Translations under genes and position numbers: made by a program | DNA from: Candidatus Uhrbacteria bacterium | GTDB lineage: Bacteria; Patescibacteriota; Patescibacteriia; UBA9934 | Assembly: GCA_903827265.1 (NCBI GenBank) | Contig: CAIKHN010000024.1 | Span: 3,332 to 67,331 of the forward strand | Length of the DNA: 64,000 bases | Direction: 5' to 3' | Shown here: positions 10,313 through 18,607 of the stretch, piece by piece | How the letters are laid out: every line of letters starts with the position of its first letter | Numbering within the stretch: the stretch's first letter is position 1 | Notes under the pieces: model-generated | What the model saw: only the letters and a program-made list of their open reading frames with translations | The model's database searches: none | What the model was told of the DNA's origin: nothing

Positions 10313-10341
10313 TTGACTTTTCTGCGATTTTCTGCTATTCT
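10313..10341 (+). promoter_or_regulatory. sigma70-type promoter (TTGACT, 17 nt, TATTCT) reading toward the candidate ncRNA
   Basis: -35 TTGACT at 10313-10318, exact 17-nt spacer, -10 TATTCT at 10336-10341. It lies divergent from the holB start codon. Confidence 0.5.
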
Positions 10342-10346
10342 ACCCG

Positions 10347-10624
10347 GTTCGCTTCGTTTCCGATAGGAGATGAACGTACAGATACAGAGAACGTCAGAAT
10401 TCAGATGTTGTCTGTAGATATCTGGAGGCGGAGAGATGGTTATTGTCCACGGGTAAATTCGTGCACTCTAACCGACACGCCAGCGGACGACAGGGTTTCG
10501 ACTCTCCCGTTCCACAGAGGTGGGTCATGGCGTACATCAACTTCGGCTGATCACTTCGCCCGATCCCCTCCAGTATTGTATAGAGAACACAAAACTCCCA
10601 GGCCATGGCCTGGGAGTTTTGTTT
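10347..10624 (+). ncRNA. candidate small RNA of unknown class, about 280 nt
   Basis: Bounded by a near-consensus promoter upstream and a perfect 30-nt palindromic terminator plus T-run downstream. The only ORF across it (10288..10626) begins before the promoter, ends inside the terminator, has no RBS and an R/W/P-rich translation. Confidence 0.4.
10591..10624 (+). terminator. intrinsic terminator (perfect 30-nt palindrome plus T-run)
   Basis: aaaactcccaggccatggcctgggagtttt followed by gttt. Confidence 0.7.
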
Positions 10625-10633
10625 GAACCTGAT

Positions 10634-11520
10634 GGGGTCAGGTCTTGAATCTATGCATTTTTAAAACTCTAAAAACAGTTGAATAATGCAAGTGAAGATG
10701 TCGTGCGACAACTGATTGACTATATCCGCATTGCTCAACAGCAAAACGTATAACGCTATTTCTCTCGTCTCTCTTCAAGCGCCGAGAAAACATATCTTCT
10801 AAATTCGGCCGCCCGATCATTCGTTGCTCTCTTGGGATTTCTTCACCAATATCGTCGACTTGCCAATTTTCCGCTTCGAAAATAAATTGTTCAGAACCAA
10901 GAATTTGATGTCTTGCCTCCTTGAAAGGCGAGAGCGGCGGTATCTTTTCAAGCACAAAATCCAGATATCGTTTCTGAGCCAACATTTGATTCGTCGAAAA
11001 CCGAATAAGAATATCGCTGATTGTGAGAAAATTGCGTTTTCTCGCCAATCCGGCAGTCTGACGAAAGCTACTCCAATCGTACGCAGCCGGTTCTTTTACA
11101 ATCCCTGCTCGAACAGGATTCAGCACGATATACCGTGCAACAGTGACAAGATAAAAAATATTCTCTATAAGAAAGGCCTTGAATCTTCCTTGAAACAAAT
11201 GGCCTACGCGCCGATATCGTTCGTTGATTTTTTGCGCATATGTTCCGTTAAGCTGCCGCATACCCTCCGAAAGATTTCCATCAGGTGTTTCAATGAGCAA
11301 ATGATAATGATTCCCCATCAAACAATATGCATGACAAATCCAATGATGAGTATGAATCGTTCTATCAAGGATTCTTAAAAATAAGCGTCTGTCTGCGTCA
11401 CAAAAATATATGTCCTTTTTCTCGTTTCCACGAACCGTTATGTGATATGTAGCTCCCGGGAATGCTATTCGTAATGGTCGAGACATAATAAAAAATGCAT
11501 AAATTCAAGACCTGACCCCT
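10634..11520 (-). mobile_element. IS200/IS605-superfamily or RAYT-like element carrying a single HUH (Y1) transposase gene, flanked by inverted repeats
   Basis: A 17-bp perfect inverted repeat ggggtcaggtcttgaat at 10634-10650 matches its reverse complement at 11504-11520. The repeat extends to about 29 bp with one mismatch (…ctatgcattttt / aaaaatgcataaatt…), and a single transposase ORF sits between the two ends. Confidence 0.6.
10638..11486 (-). CDS. HUH-family Y1 transposase (IS200-like / REP-associated tyrosine transposase-like) with C-terminal HTH extension
   Basis: HuH motif GNHYHLLIETP, a conserved ARYIVLNPVRAGIV block and catalytic-Tyr region. The C-terminal roughly 100 aa is HTH-like (FAVEQCGYSQSVVARHLHLHYSTVFRVLK). 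Confidence 0.75.
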   Translation of the reverse strand: MSRPLRIAFPGATYHITVRGNEKKDIYFCDADRRLFLRILDRTIHTHHWICHAYCLMGNHYHLLIETPDGNLSEGMRQLNGTYAQKINERYRRVGHLFQGRFKAFLIENIFYLVTVARYIVLNPVRAGIVKEPAAYDWSSFRQTAGLARKRNFLTISDILIRFSTNQMLAQKRYLDFVLEKIPPLSPFKEARHQILGSEQFIFEAENWQVDDIGEEIPREQRMIGRPNLEDMFSRRLKRDERNSVIRFAVEQCGYSQSVVARHLHLHYSTVFRVLKMHRFKT

Positions 11521-12276
11521 TCACTTCATCCACTCCTCAATCTTCCCAGCCGTGTGCCAGGCGAGTTCGAGTGTTGCTCTGCATACATCGGCCATGACTT
11601 GCGAACGGATTTCGATGGCGACCGGTGTGTTGATGTACGACAAGAGCAACACGCGGTCGGCGCATACGCGAATCTCGCCGGATACCGCAAGGACCGAACG
11701 CGGAATAATGCGAACATCATGACGCGATGTACTCAGGTCGTCAGGGAAGCGATTCGCAATCACAATGCTTCGAACATTTTTTCCGGATTGCACGTTCGCC
11801 CATCGCCGAACATCGGCAACCATCGACGACACTTCGTCGCCGAATAATTGAATGATGTCGTCTGGGAGCACCATGAATTCTCGTTGCGATGCAATGATCG
11901 CTTCTGGCCCCTCAAGGTAACGAACCGCCGACGTCGGACCACCACCAATCGAAACGAGCGCCTGTAAATTTGGAAGTACCGACTCAAAACGTTCAAGTCG
12001 CATTGCGCAAAGGCGATGTTGTTCCTCAAGTTTTTGCCTTATCGCAATAGGCGACTCCAATACGAATATCTTCTCCTTTCTCGCCATTCGAACTCGTGCC
12101 AATCCGTGATCAACAAGCGACATCATCATGTCGTGCGTCGTGCCACGAGCAAGAGAAAACTGCTCACTAACCTCGCGAACTGTTAGCTCTCCCCGTTGTG
12201 CAAGGAGGACATACGTCTCCGCGATGCGACCGGAAAATCCGAGAATCGTGAGCTCGTCAATAAGTTGCGTCATCAT
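11521..12276 (-). CDS. TrmB-family transcriptional regulator
   Basis: N-terminal winged HTH (LAQRGELTVREVSEQFSLARGTTHDMMMSLVDHGL) followed by a TrmB-like C-terminal domain. Confidence 0.6.
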   Translation of the reverse strand: MMTQLIDELTILGFSGRIAETYVLLAQRGELTVREVSEQFSLARGTTHDMMMSLVDHGLARVRMARKEKIFVLESPIAIRQKLEEQHRLCAMRLERFESVLPNLQALVSIGGGPTSAVRYLEGPEAIIASQREFMVLPDDIIQLFGDEVSSMVADVRRWANVQSGKNVRSIVIANRFPDDLSTSRHDVRIIPRSVLAVSGEIRVCADRVLLLSYINTPVAIEIRSQVMADVCRATLELAWHTAGKIEEWMK

Positions 12277-12339
12277 ATATGTTCAGTATGCAAAAGGAGC
12301 CATATTGGCTCCTGTGCATTTCTGAACTTTTTTGTTCGG

Positions 12340-13470
12340 CTATCGACGAATGTTCGCAGCTTCTCGAAGCGCTGCCCATGTTCTCTGCGCAGGAACGTTC
12401 CATGAAAACGATTGAACGCGAGCAAGGCCTCGCTCACGATATTCCTCACGCGTTGCAACATCCATCATGTGCTCAATTCCCACGGCGAGTGCAGAGATAT
12501 CATTCGGCGAAACAAGCATAGCGGCATCACCACAGACCTCGCGCATCACCGCAATATTCGACGCGACAACTGGAGCGCTATGCTCCATCGCTTCAAGAAC
12601 AGGAATACCGAATCCTTCAGCAACAGACGGGAATGCAAAACACATAGAACTCTGGAGCAACAGAGATGCATCGTCATCAGAAACATATCCTGGAAGACGA
12701 ATTGAATCCGCAATACGCTCTTCGACAATCGCTTGACGAATCTCTTGTTCGCCATAACCAAATGAACCTGCGAGCACAAGTGTGAGCGGATTTCCTGCCC
12801 CGAGTTTTCGCTTCAGCTGCGCGAATGCACGAATAAGCAACGCGGTATTTTTCTTTTTCTCTAATCGACTGATCGAGAGAATGAATTGACCTTTGCCGAT
12901 CTGAAGTTTTCGGAGGAGTTCCAATGCATCGGCAGTCGATCTCGGCATGGTCGGCGCAAGCGGCGTCACAACGATCCGATCCGAGGCGACGTGATAATGC
13001 GATTCAAGATCGGCTTTCGTTGCATTCGATGGCGTGAGAATTCGCGTTGCACGACGAATCGCGTTCTGTACTGCAAGCTCTTGGCGTTGACGTGACGTCG
13101 GATCGTACACTTGAGCATTCATCGCAAATGCGACGTCATGAAGTGTCGTCACTACGCTTGTCTGTTTTTGGAAGAACATCGGAACTTCATGGCCCGGAAC
13201 AAATAACACGTTTGACGGATTCATCATCATCTCAATACTTAATCGGCCGTGCGTCCAACCTCGAGGGATCGGCCACGAGAGCGTTTTCCACGACCACCCT
13301 TGTACGAGGCTGAGTTCCTTCGGCTTTGGAAGGTGTCCGTACAGCACCACCCGTTCGTCATCGGCAAGCGGAGTTTTCATCATCTCGCGAAGCAAAAACC
13401 ACGCATATCGCGGAACGCCCGTCGCGTTTTCCCGAAGCAGCAAATGTGCATCAATACCGTATGTCGTCAT
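12340..13470 (-). CDS. glycosyltransferase family 4 (GT-B, GT1-like)
   Basis: C-terminal GT-B donor-binding region (…FAFPSVAEGFGIPVLEAM…) with the E-X7-E-like motif. Confidence 0.8.
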   Translation of the reverse strand: MTTYGIDAHLLLRENATGVPRYAWFLLREMMKTPLADDERVVLYGHLPKPKELSLVQGWSWKTLSWPIPRGWTHGRLSIEMMMNPSNVLFVPGHEVPMFFQKQTSVVTTLHDVAFAMNAQVYDPTSRQRQELAVQNAIRRATRILTPSNATKADLESHYHVASDRIVVTPLAPTMPRSTADALELLRKLQIGKGQFILSISRLEKKKNTALLIRAFAQLKRKLGAGNPLTLVLAGSFGYGEQEIRQAIVEERIADSIRLPGYVSDDDASLLLQSSMCFAFPSVAEGFGIPVLEAMEHSAPVVASNIAVMREVCGDAAMLVSPNDISALAVGIEHMMDVATREEYRERGLARVQSFSWNVPAQRTWAALREAANIRR

Positions 13471-13479
13471 ACGGATCGA

Positions 13480-14487
13480 TTATGCCGTAAATAAGCTTCG
13501 TTTGTAAGACTCAAGATTCTCGAGAGCGAGACCGGTGCCTTTTGCTACACAAAGCTGCGGATCCTCGGCGAGATACGTTGGCACGCCGGTGGCTTCAGCA
13601 ATAAGGCGATCAAGATTACGGAGCTGTGACGATCCGCCGGAAATGACGATGCCCTTATCCATCACGTCAGCAGAAAGTTCTGGAGGCGTAACGGTAAGCA
13701 CTTCTTTAAGCGTTGAAAGAATTCCTTCAAGGAGTGGCTGGATCGCCTCGGTGACGTCGTCCGATGAAACTTCGATGATCTTTGGAAGACCGGTAATCAT
13801 GTCGCGACCTTTTACCTCCATGCGAAGTTTATCGGTAAGATACATCGCCGATCCGCAACGAATCTTAATGTCTTCAGCGGTGCGTTCACCAATCGCGAGT
13901 CCGTACGTTCGACGGATGTGTTCCATGATGGCGTGATCCATTTTTACTCCGCCAATACGAACAGATGTCGAAGCAACGATTCCACCAAGAGAAATAACCG
14001 CCATTTCGCTCGTTCCTCCACCAATTTCCACAATCATGTGGCCGTTTGGCGAACCAATAGGAATATTCGCGCCAATCGCGGCGACAATTGGCTGTTTAAT
14101 GATGTACGCGCTTTTTGCACCAGCAGAAATTGCTGCATCAACTACCGCCCGACGTTCAGTCGATGTGATTCCACCCGGAACTGCGATCATGACTTCCGGA
14201 CGGAAAATACGAACTCCACCAAGCGCCTTGTTAATAAAATACCGAAGCATCGCTTCCGTTGTTTTGTAGTCGGCAATAACGCCATCTTTCAACGGACGAC
14301 GCGCAATAATGCTGTCTGGCGTTCTGCCAAGCATGTCTTTTGCCTCCTTCCCAACAGCAAGGACGGTTTTGTCGATTTTCGAAACCGCAACAACAGAAGG
14401 TTCGTTAATAATAATGCCTCGTTTTGGAACGTAAACAAGGACGGTTGTCGTCCCAAGATCGATCCCAATCTTTTTATTAAACATCAT
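13480..14487 (-). CDS. mreB: rod shape-determining protein MreB
   Basis: Actin-fold ATPase motifs IGIDLGTTT, GGGTSE and IVISGGSS. Length 335 aa. Confidence 0.9.
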   Translation of the reverse strand: MMFNKKIGIDLGTTTVLVYVPKRGIIINEPSVVAVSKIDKTVLAVGKEAKDMLGRTPDSIIARRPLKDGVIADYKTTEAMLRYFINKALGGVRIFRPEVMIAVPGGITSTERRAVVDAAISAGAKSAYIIKQPIVAAIGANIPIGSPNGHMIVEIGGGTSEMAVISLGGIVASTSVRIGGVKMDHAIMEHIRRTYGLAIGERTAEDIKIRCGSAMYLTDKLRMEVKGRDMITGLPKIIEVSSDDVTEAIQPLLEGILSTLKEVLTVTPPELSADVMDKGIVISGGSSQLRNLDRLIAEATGVPTYLAEDPQLCVAKGTGLALENLESYKRSLFTA

Positions 14488-14583
14488 ACGGGGACGCGGA
14501 TTTCCTCCACAGACTACCCCATCGATGCCCGCATGACGACTAAACTATCCCCAAAGCCGCAGGAATCTGGACTGATCCATCCC

Positions 14584-16614
14584 TCAAAAACTTATCTTGT
14601 ACTCCTTATTCGTATCCAACGTATCCGTGACATCGTAACTATCATTTCCCCAGAATGTTGTTTCCTCCGCAGGAACCGCAGAGCGAATCATGCGATTGAA
14701 GTCCAGATGAAGCTCGACGTCATGCGGGCCAGCCCCGATCTGTTTCAGCACCTTTAGCGTATACGATCCCGCCGAAACAGCATCCGTCACACTCGAAGGA
14801 AGTTGGTATGTAAACGTCAGCGTTCGCGATTGTCCTGGCTCGACCGACGTGAACGTCCCAAAACTTGTTAGGCCAAATTCCGATGCTGTCGTAATTGTGC
14901 CCACAGTTCCCATAGGATCCCGAATCGCGTCGTTTTCCAGTGATCCGGTGACAGAAATAAGACTCGATCCTTCAGGAACGTAAATTCTTGTGTACGTTCG
15001 ATATCGCGACGTCTTCCAATCGAACGTTCCCTCGTGTTTGTACGTAATTGCCACGGTCGCCTGAAACCCTCCATCGTGCGGAACGACGGTGTAATCAATA
15101 GTTCGCTTCACAACCGGATCAGATTTGAGTGACGCCATGTTTGCATCAACAACCATGAGCACATCTGATGCCGACCCCCGTGATACATCCCCAGACCATC
15201 CCGCGTCATCTAACACCGCCTGAGTTCCAGCATCACTACTGTAGAGTGCAATATTTTTATTTTGGAATGCGTTCGCGAGCAATGCGAAGACTTCCTCGAA
15301 GCGCGACGAAGGAACCTCAAGAAGCTTATCAAGAAGCGCGTTCGTCAGCCTGCCGACAATATCTTTACGGTCAGCACGCGTAACGCCCTGTTGTTCAAAC
15401 GCGATTTCGACCTGATATTCCAGCAAATCTGATGCATTTTCCGCAGTAAACGTCTGCCCGTCAACGGTGATCGGCCCAACGAACGCAAGAAGGTCGTGCA
15501 AAAACGACGTCGTCATACCAAACGCGCCGTGAATTTCTGGCACAGATCGCCCGGCAACCGCATTTTCCTGACGAAGCAACGCGATTGCGTCTTTTGCGCC
15601 ATCCGCAAAATCTGGCGACCACGTACTGTCACGGAAATACCATACCGGCTGTTCGAGGTATGTTGAGATTGGCGCCGGCGAGTGCGCAACATATGCTGGA
15701 TTACCGGAAACAAGCGCATCAACAGCGTACGTGTCATCAGTCGTTAAACTCTTCATGTCTCCGTCTCGGATAACCATGAGTCCATAGGTTCCCAAAAATC
15801 CTCCGGTTGGACGAAGCTCGGTGTTATTCAAAAACATCACAAGAAATTGACGATCTCCAGTGAGGCCGGCAAATTCTTTCGTGATTCCAGCAAACGGCAC
15901 CAAGAAATCAATACCCGTTTTTAACTTCGCGAGCACGGTCTCAAACGGCGCGATGATTTCATCGATACCCTCAGTATTTGCGAGATCGTGAAATCGCGCG
16001 ATGTCTTCATTTGCTAAATCGAGCTTCACTTGCATGGTTCGTAAAGACGGCAATGATGCAGCGAGACGTGTAAACAATGTTCGTTTTACTTCGACAGGCA
16101 AGTCGTGGATCGGCGTGTCTGCCTCTGACGCATCTTGCCAGGCAAGCGCCGCACGAGCTTCGGCAACAACACTGTATACGTCCTGCGCAATGTCGATTGC
16201 CTCTGTTAATACATCAACGGTCTTCGCGGTCGCATCAAGAATCGCGACGCCGGCAGTGTACCGCGATCCAACCCAAGGGATCGCCGACGCAAACGCCAAC
16301 ATCGACGCGCCGCTCTGCGCCTGAGTAAGTCCATCATGCGCAGTGGAAAGATCTGCCGAAGCTTGCGCGAAATCAATGTCTGAAATATGTACCTTCGCCG
16401 ATGTTAGCGCGGCGCGAGCCGCAACAGCACCGTTCACGATTCGCGTCACACCAACGCCGACATACCCAAAAAACGCAACACAGATCACCGCAGCAAACGC
16501 CACGGCGATAATTGGGACTCGACGACGTTTTACACGCAAAACACCCGGCGAGATTGGGATCTCGTCGGCATGAGGATGTTTAGGCGGATTCGCATCAGAT
16601 GGCTCAAGAAACAT
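14584..16614 (-). CDS. large membrane-anchored extracytoplasmic protein, DUF4012-like
   Basis: N-terminal TM helix and a conserved block NTELRPTGGFLGTYG recalled from DUF4012 proteins. The family assignment is from memory and was not searched. Confidence 0.4.
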   Translation of the reverse strand: MFLEPSDANPPKHPHADEIPISPGVLRVKRRRVPIIAVAFAAVICVAFFGYVGVGVTRIVNGAVAARAALTSAKVHISDIDFAQASADLSTAHDGLTQAQSGASMLAFASAIPWVGSRYTAGVAILDATAKTVDVLTEAIDIAQDVYSVVAEARAALAWQDASEADTPIHDLPVEVKRTLFTRLAASLPSLRTMQVKLDLANEDIARFHDLANTEGIDEIIAPFETVLAKLKTGIDFLVPFAGITKEFAGLTGDRQFLVMFLNNTELRPTGGFLGTYGLMVIRDGDMKSLTTDDTYAVDALVSGNPAYVAHSPAPISTYLEQPVWYFRDSTWSPDFADGAKDAIALLRQENAVAGRSVPEIHGAFGMTTSFLHDLLAFVGPITVDGQTFTAENASDLLEYQVEIAFEQQGVTRADRKDIVGRLTNALLDKLLEVPSSRFEEVFALLANAFQNKNIALYSSDAGTQAVLDDAGWSGDVSRGSASDVLMVVDANMASLKSDPVVKRTIDYTVVPHDGGFQATVAITYKHEGTFDWKTSRYRTYTRIYVPEGSSLISVTGSLENDAIRDPMGTVGTITTASEFGLTSFGTFTSVEPGQSRTLTFTYQLPSSVTDAVSAGSYTLKVLKQIGAGPHDVELHLDFNRMIRSAVPAEETTFWGNDSYDVTDTLDTNKEYKISF

Positions 16615-16640
16615 GTCTCTAGTGTATCACGCGTGAGTGC

Positions 16641-17684
16641 TCATTTTTTTACCATGTACTGTCGCAGTTCATTCATACCGACGCGCGATAATCGTTTCAC
16701 CGCGCTTCGTTTTTTGAACATCGACGGCAACATCAGCGGTATGCGCAAAAGCGCACGACGCGTTTCTGGCTCAACAATCATTCCGTATAGCACGCGACTT
16801 CCGTCGTAAAGTAAAATCCAAGGCAAACTGCGAAACAGCTCGCCAACAGTAAGATCTTTCGCAAGCATCAGGAGCTGATTCCGCGTCGCAAGCGCCGCAA
16901 CCGACGGACGTCGCATCTTTCTCTGACGAAATCGTTGCCACAACGACTGATACTCTGAACCGAACATTCCACGATAGTGATGTGCTCGCGCCGCTTTCGC
17001 AAAAAATGTCTTGTGTCCGGCACGACGAAAACGTAATGCGAAATCTGTATCTTCTCGAAAGGAGAAAAAGTCTCCGTCAAAAACTTCGTCATTAATCATT
17101 ACATCGCGAAGCGCTGTCGCGCGAACAAGAAATAATGCCCCTGATGGACCGAAAATGTCGGTTACGTCATCGAACTGGCCTTTATCCATCTCCCCCGCGC
17201 CACGATCCGTTGTGCGCCAGCCTTTATGAAGCACCATGCCCGTCGAATCGAGAATATCGGATTTTACTGCGTCACTCTCGACGTCGCCACGCTCTGAAAA
17301 TGCACGAAAAATCTTTGGCTGTACCGCGTCAATTTCGGAATGCGTCTCAAGAACCTTCACGAGCTCCTCGAGCATCGTTGGCGCCCAATCCATCTCTGAA
17401 CTCGCAATAAGAATGGCGTGATCCGCCGGGTTACCCGTATATCGTTCCATCGCGAGTCGCGCAAGCTGATTTTGCCCGCAAGCAAACCCCGTATTCCTCG
17501 TATTGCGTACCGCAAGCCAATGCGGTTCATTCTGCATAATATATTGCAACGCTTCCCCATCCGGATTCCCGTTATCCAAAATTCGCACACTAAAATCCTT
17601 ATGCGTCTGACTCCGTATCGCCGCAAACACCTCCGGCAAATACCGCCGATCATTCCAAGAGACGATGTTAATGGAGATATGCAT
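16641..17684 (-). CDS. glycosyltransferase family 2
   Basis: N-terminal GT-A fold (ISINIVSWND..., DNGNPDG). Confidence 0.7.
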   Translation of the reverse strand: MHISINIVSWNDRRYLPEVFAAIRSQTHKDFSVRILDNGNPDGEALQYIMQNEPHWLAVRNTRNTGFACGQNQLARLAMERYTGNPADHAILIASSEMDWAPTMLEELVKVLETHSEIDAVQPKIFRAFSERGDVESDAVKSDILDSTGMVLHKGWRTTDRGAGEMDKGQFDDVTDIFGPSGALFLVRATALRDVMINDEVFDGDFFSFREDTDFALRFRRAGHKTFFAKAARAHHYRGMFGSEYQSLWQRFRQRKMRRPSVAALATRNQLLMLAKDLTVGELFRSLPWILLYDGSRVLYGMIVEPETRRALLRIPLMLPSMFKKRSAVKRLSRVGMNELRQYMVKK

Positions 17685-17705
17685 AATTCTCTTCCGATCG
17701 TAGCA

Positions 17706-18524
17706 CTATTTCTTTAACCGCTTCACCGATTGTGCACTTTTGAGATAATTGTCCTTCGTGACCACAGATCGACCAATCTTTGTTTCCAAATTCTTCCGCG
17801 CATCGCCGGCGATCGTTCCGCCATCTTGTGCATCGATCTTTAAATCTGACACACCCCGAGAATCCCGAACACGATGAATTTCTGCCGTGGATCGTTCGCC
17901 TAACATCGAAAAGATAAGCTCAAAATCATCCATGTGATCACGGAGGTTTTCGCGTTCCAGCCCTTTCAAATCTTTATACTCGGCCGGAGTTACCCCGAAT
18001 GTCGCCTTCGAAATTTCGGCTGTTAAAATTTCGTAATCGCGACCAGGCTCAGCGCCTCGATCCTTCCATTCATCGGTCAATTCTTCCCGAACAACAATCC
18101 CTCGCATTCGAAGCGCAATCCACTCTTCATCGTAACCCTTCAGTTTATACAACGTCCGCATCCGTTTCGCCGCCAGCTCTGGATGCTCGATTTCCTGCAC
18201 GCGCTCAAATCCAACCTTAGCCAACCAACGTTTCATCGGCTCGGCTTTTGGAGAAGGGATAGACTGAATGATACGGAGCATCGATTCAGTGTCCGCGCAA
18301 TCGGTTTCACGCATCTTTCCATCTGGAGCCTCCAGTTTCAACCCGTGACAAAATGTCACGACTTCACTTTTCTCTTCAATGAGTCGTTGTTTCAATTTTC
18401 TCCAATACGCACCAGCGTCTGGGCTATCAGTAAGTGCCTCGCAGATATCCACCACCGAAAACCACCATTCCCCCTTATACAAAACTTTCCGAATATTCTT
18501 CCCTTGAAACATGGCAATGTTCAT
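17706..18524 (-). CDS. BRO-N domain protein (DinD / phage antirepressor-like)
   Basis: N-terminus MFQGKNIRKVLYKGEWWFSVVDICEALT fits the Bro-N pattern (F..IR…W..…DVC.ALG). The C-terminal region is charged. Confidence 0.5.
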   Translation of the reverse strand: MNIAMFQGKNIRKVLYKGEWWFSVVDICEALTDSPDAGAYWRKLKQRLIEEKSEVVTFCHGLKLEAPDGKMRETDCADTESMLRIIQSIPSPKAEPMKRWLAKVGFERVQEIEHPELAAKRMRTLYKLKGYDEEWIALRMRGIVVREELTDEWKDRGAEPGRDYEILTAEISKATFGVTPAEYKDLKGLERENLRDHMDDFELIFSMLGERSTAEIHRVRDSRGVSDLKIDAQDGGTIAGDARKNLETKIGRSVVTKDNYLKSAQSVKRLKK

Positions 18525-18607
18525 AGTTCATAGATCGATCGATGATTGAGATATGCCTCAAGTCTATCAAGCGAACAAAACACGAACAAGAATGTTATCC
18601 ACCATTT

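Noticed and set aside
10347-10624. Assigning the candidate ncRNA to tmRNA, RNase P RNA, SRP RNA or 6S RNA
   Set aside because: Eye checks for the defining motifs were all negative. Those motifs are the tmRNA tag ORF and T-loop, the RNase P P4/CR-I and CR-V blocks, and the SRP domain IV GGAAG…AGCAGC. Length also fits none cleanly. The region is left unclassified rather than named.
10288-10626. 112-aa plus-strand ORF spanning the candidate ncRNA
   Set aside because: It starts upstream of the identified promoter, ends inside the terminator hairpin, has no RBS, and has an R/W/P-rich translation.
10634-10650. Resemblance of the transposase inverted repeat ggggtcaggtc to the SRP RNA GGUCAGGUCC motif
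   Set aside because: The motif occurs in inverted duplicate flanking a transposase gene and lacks the rest of the SRP domain IV context, so it is treated as coincidence.
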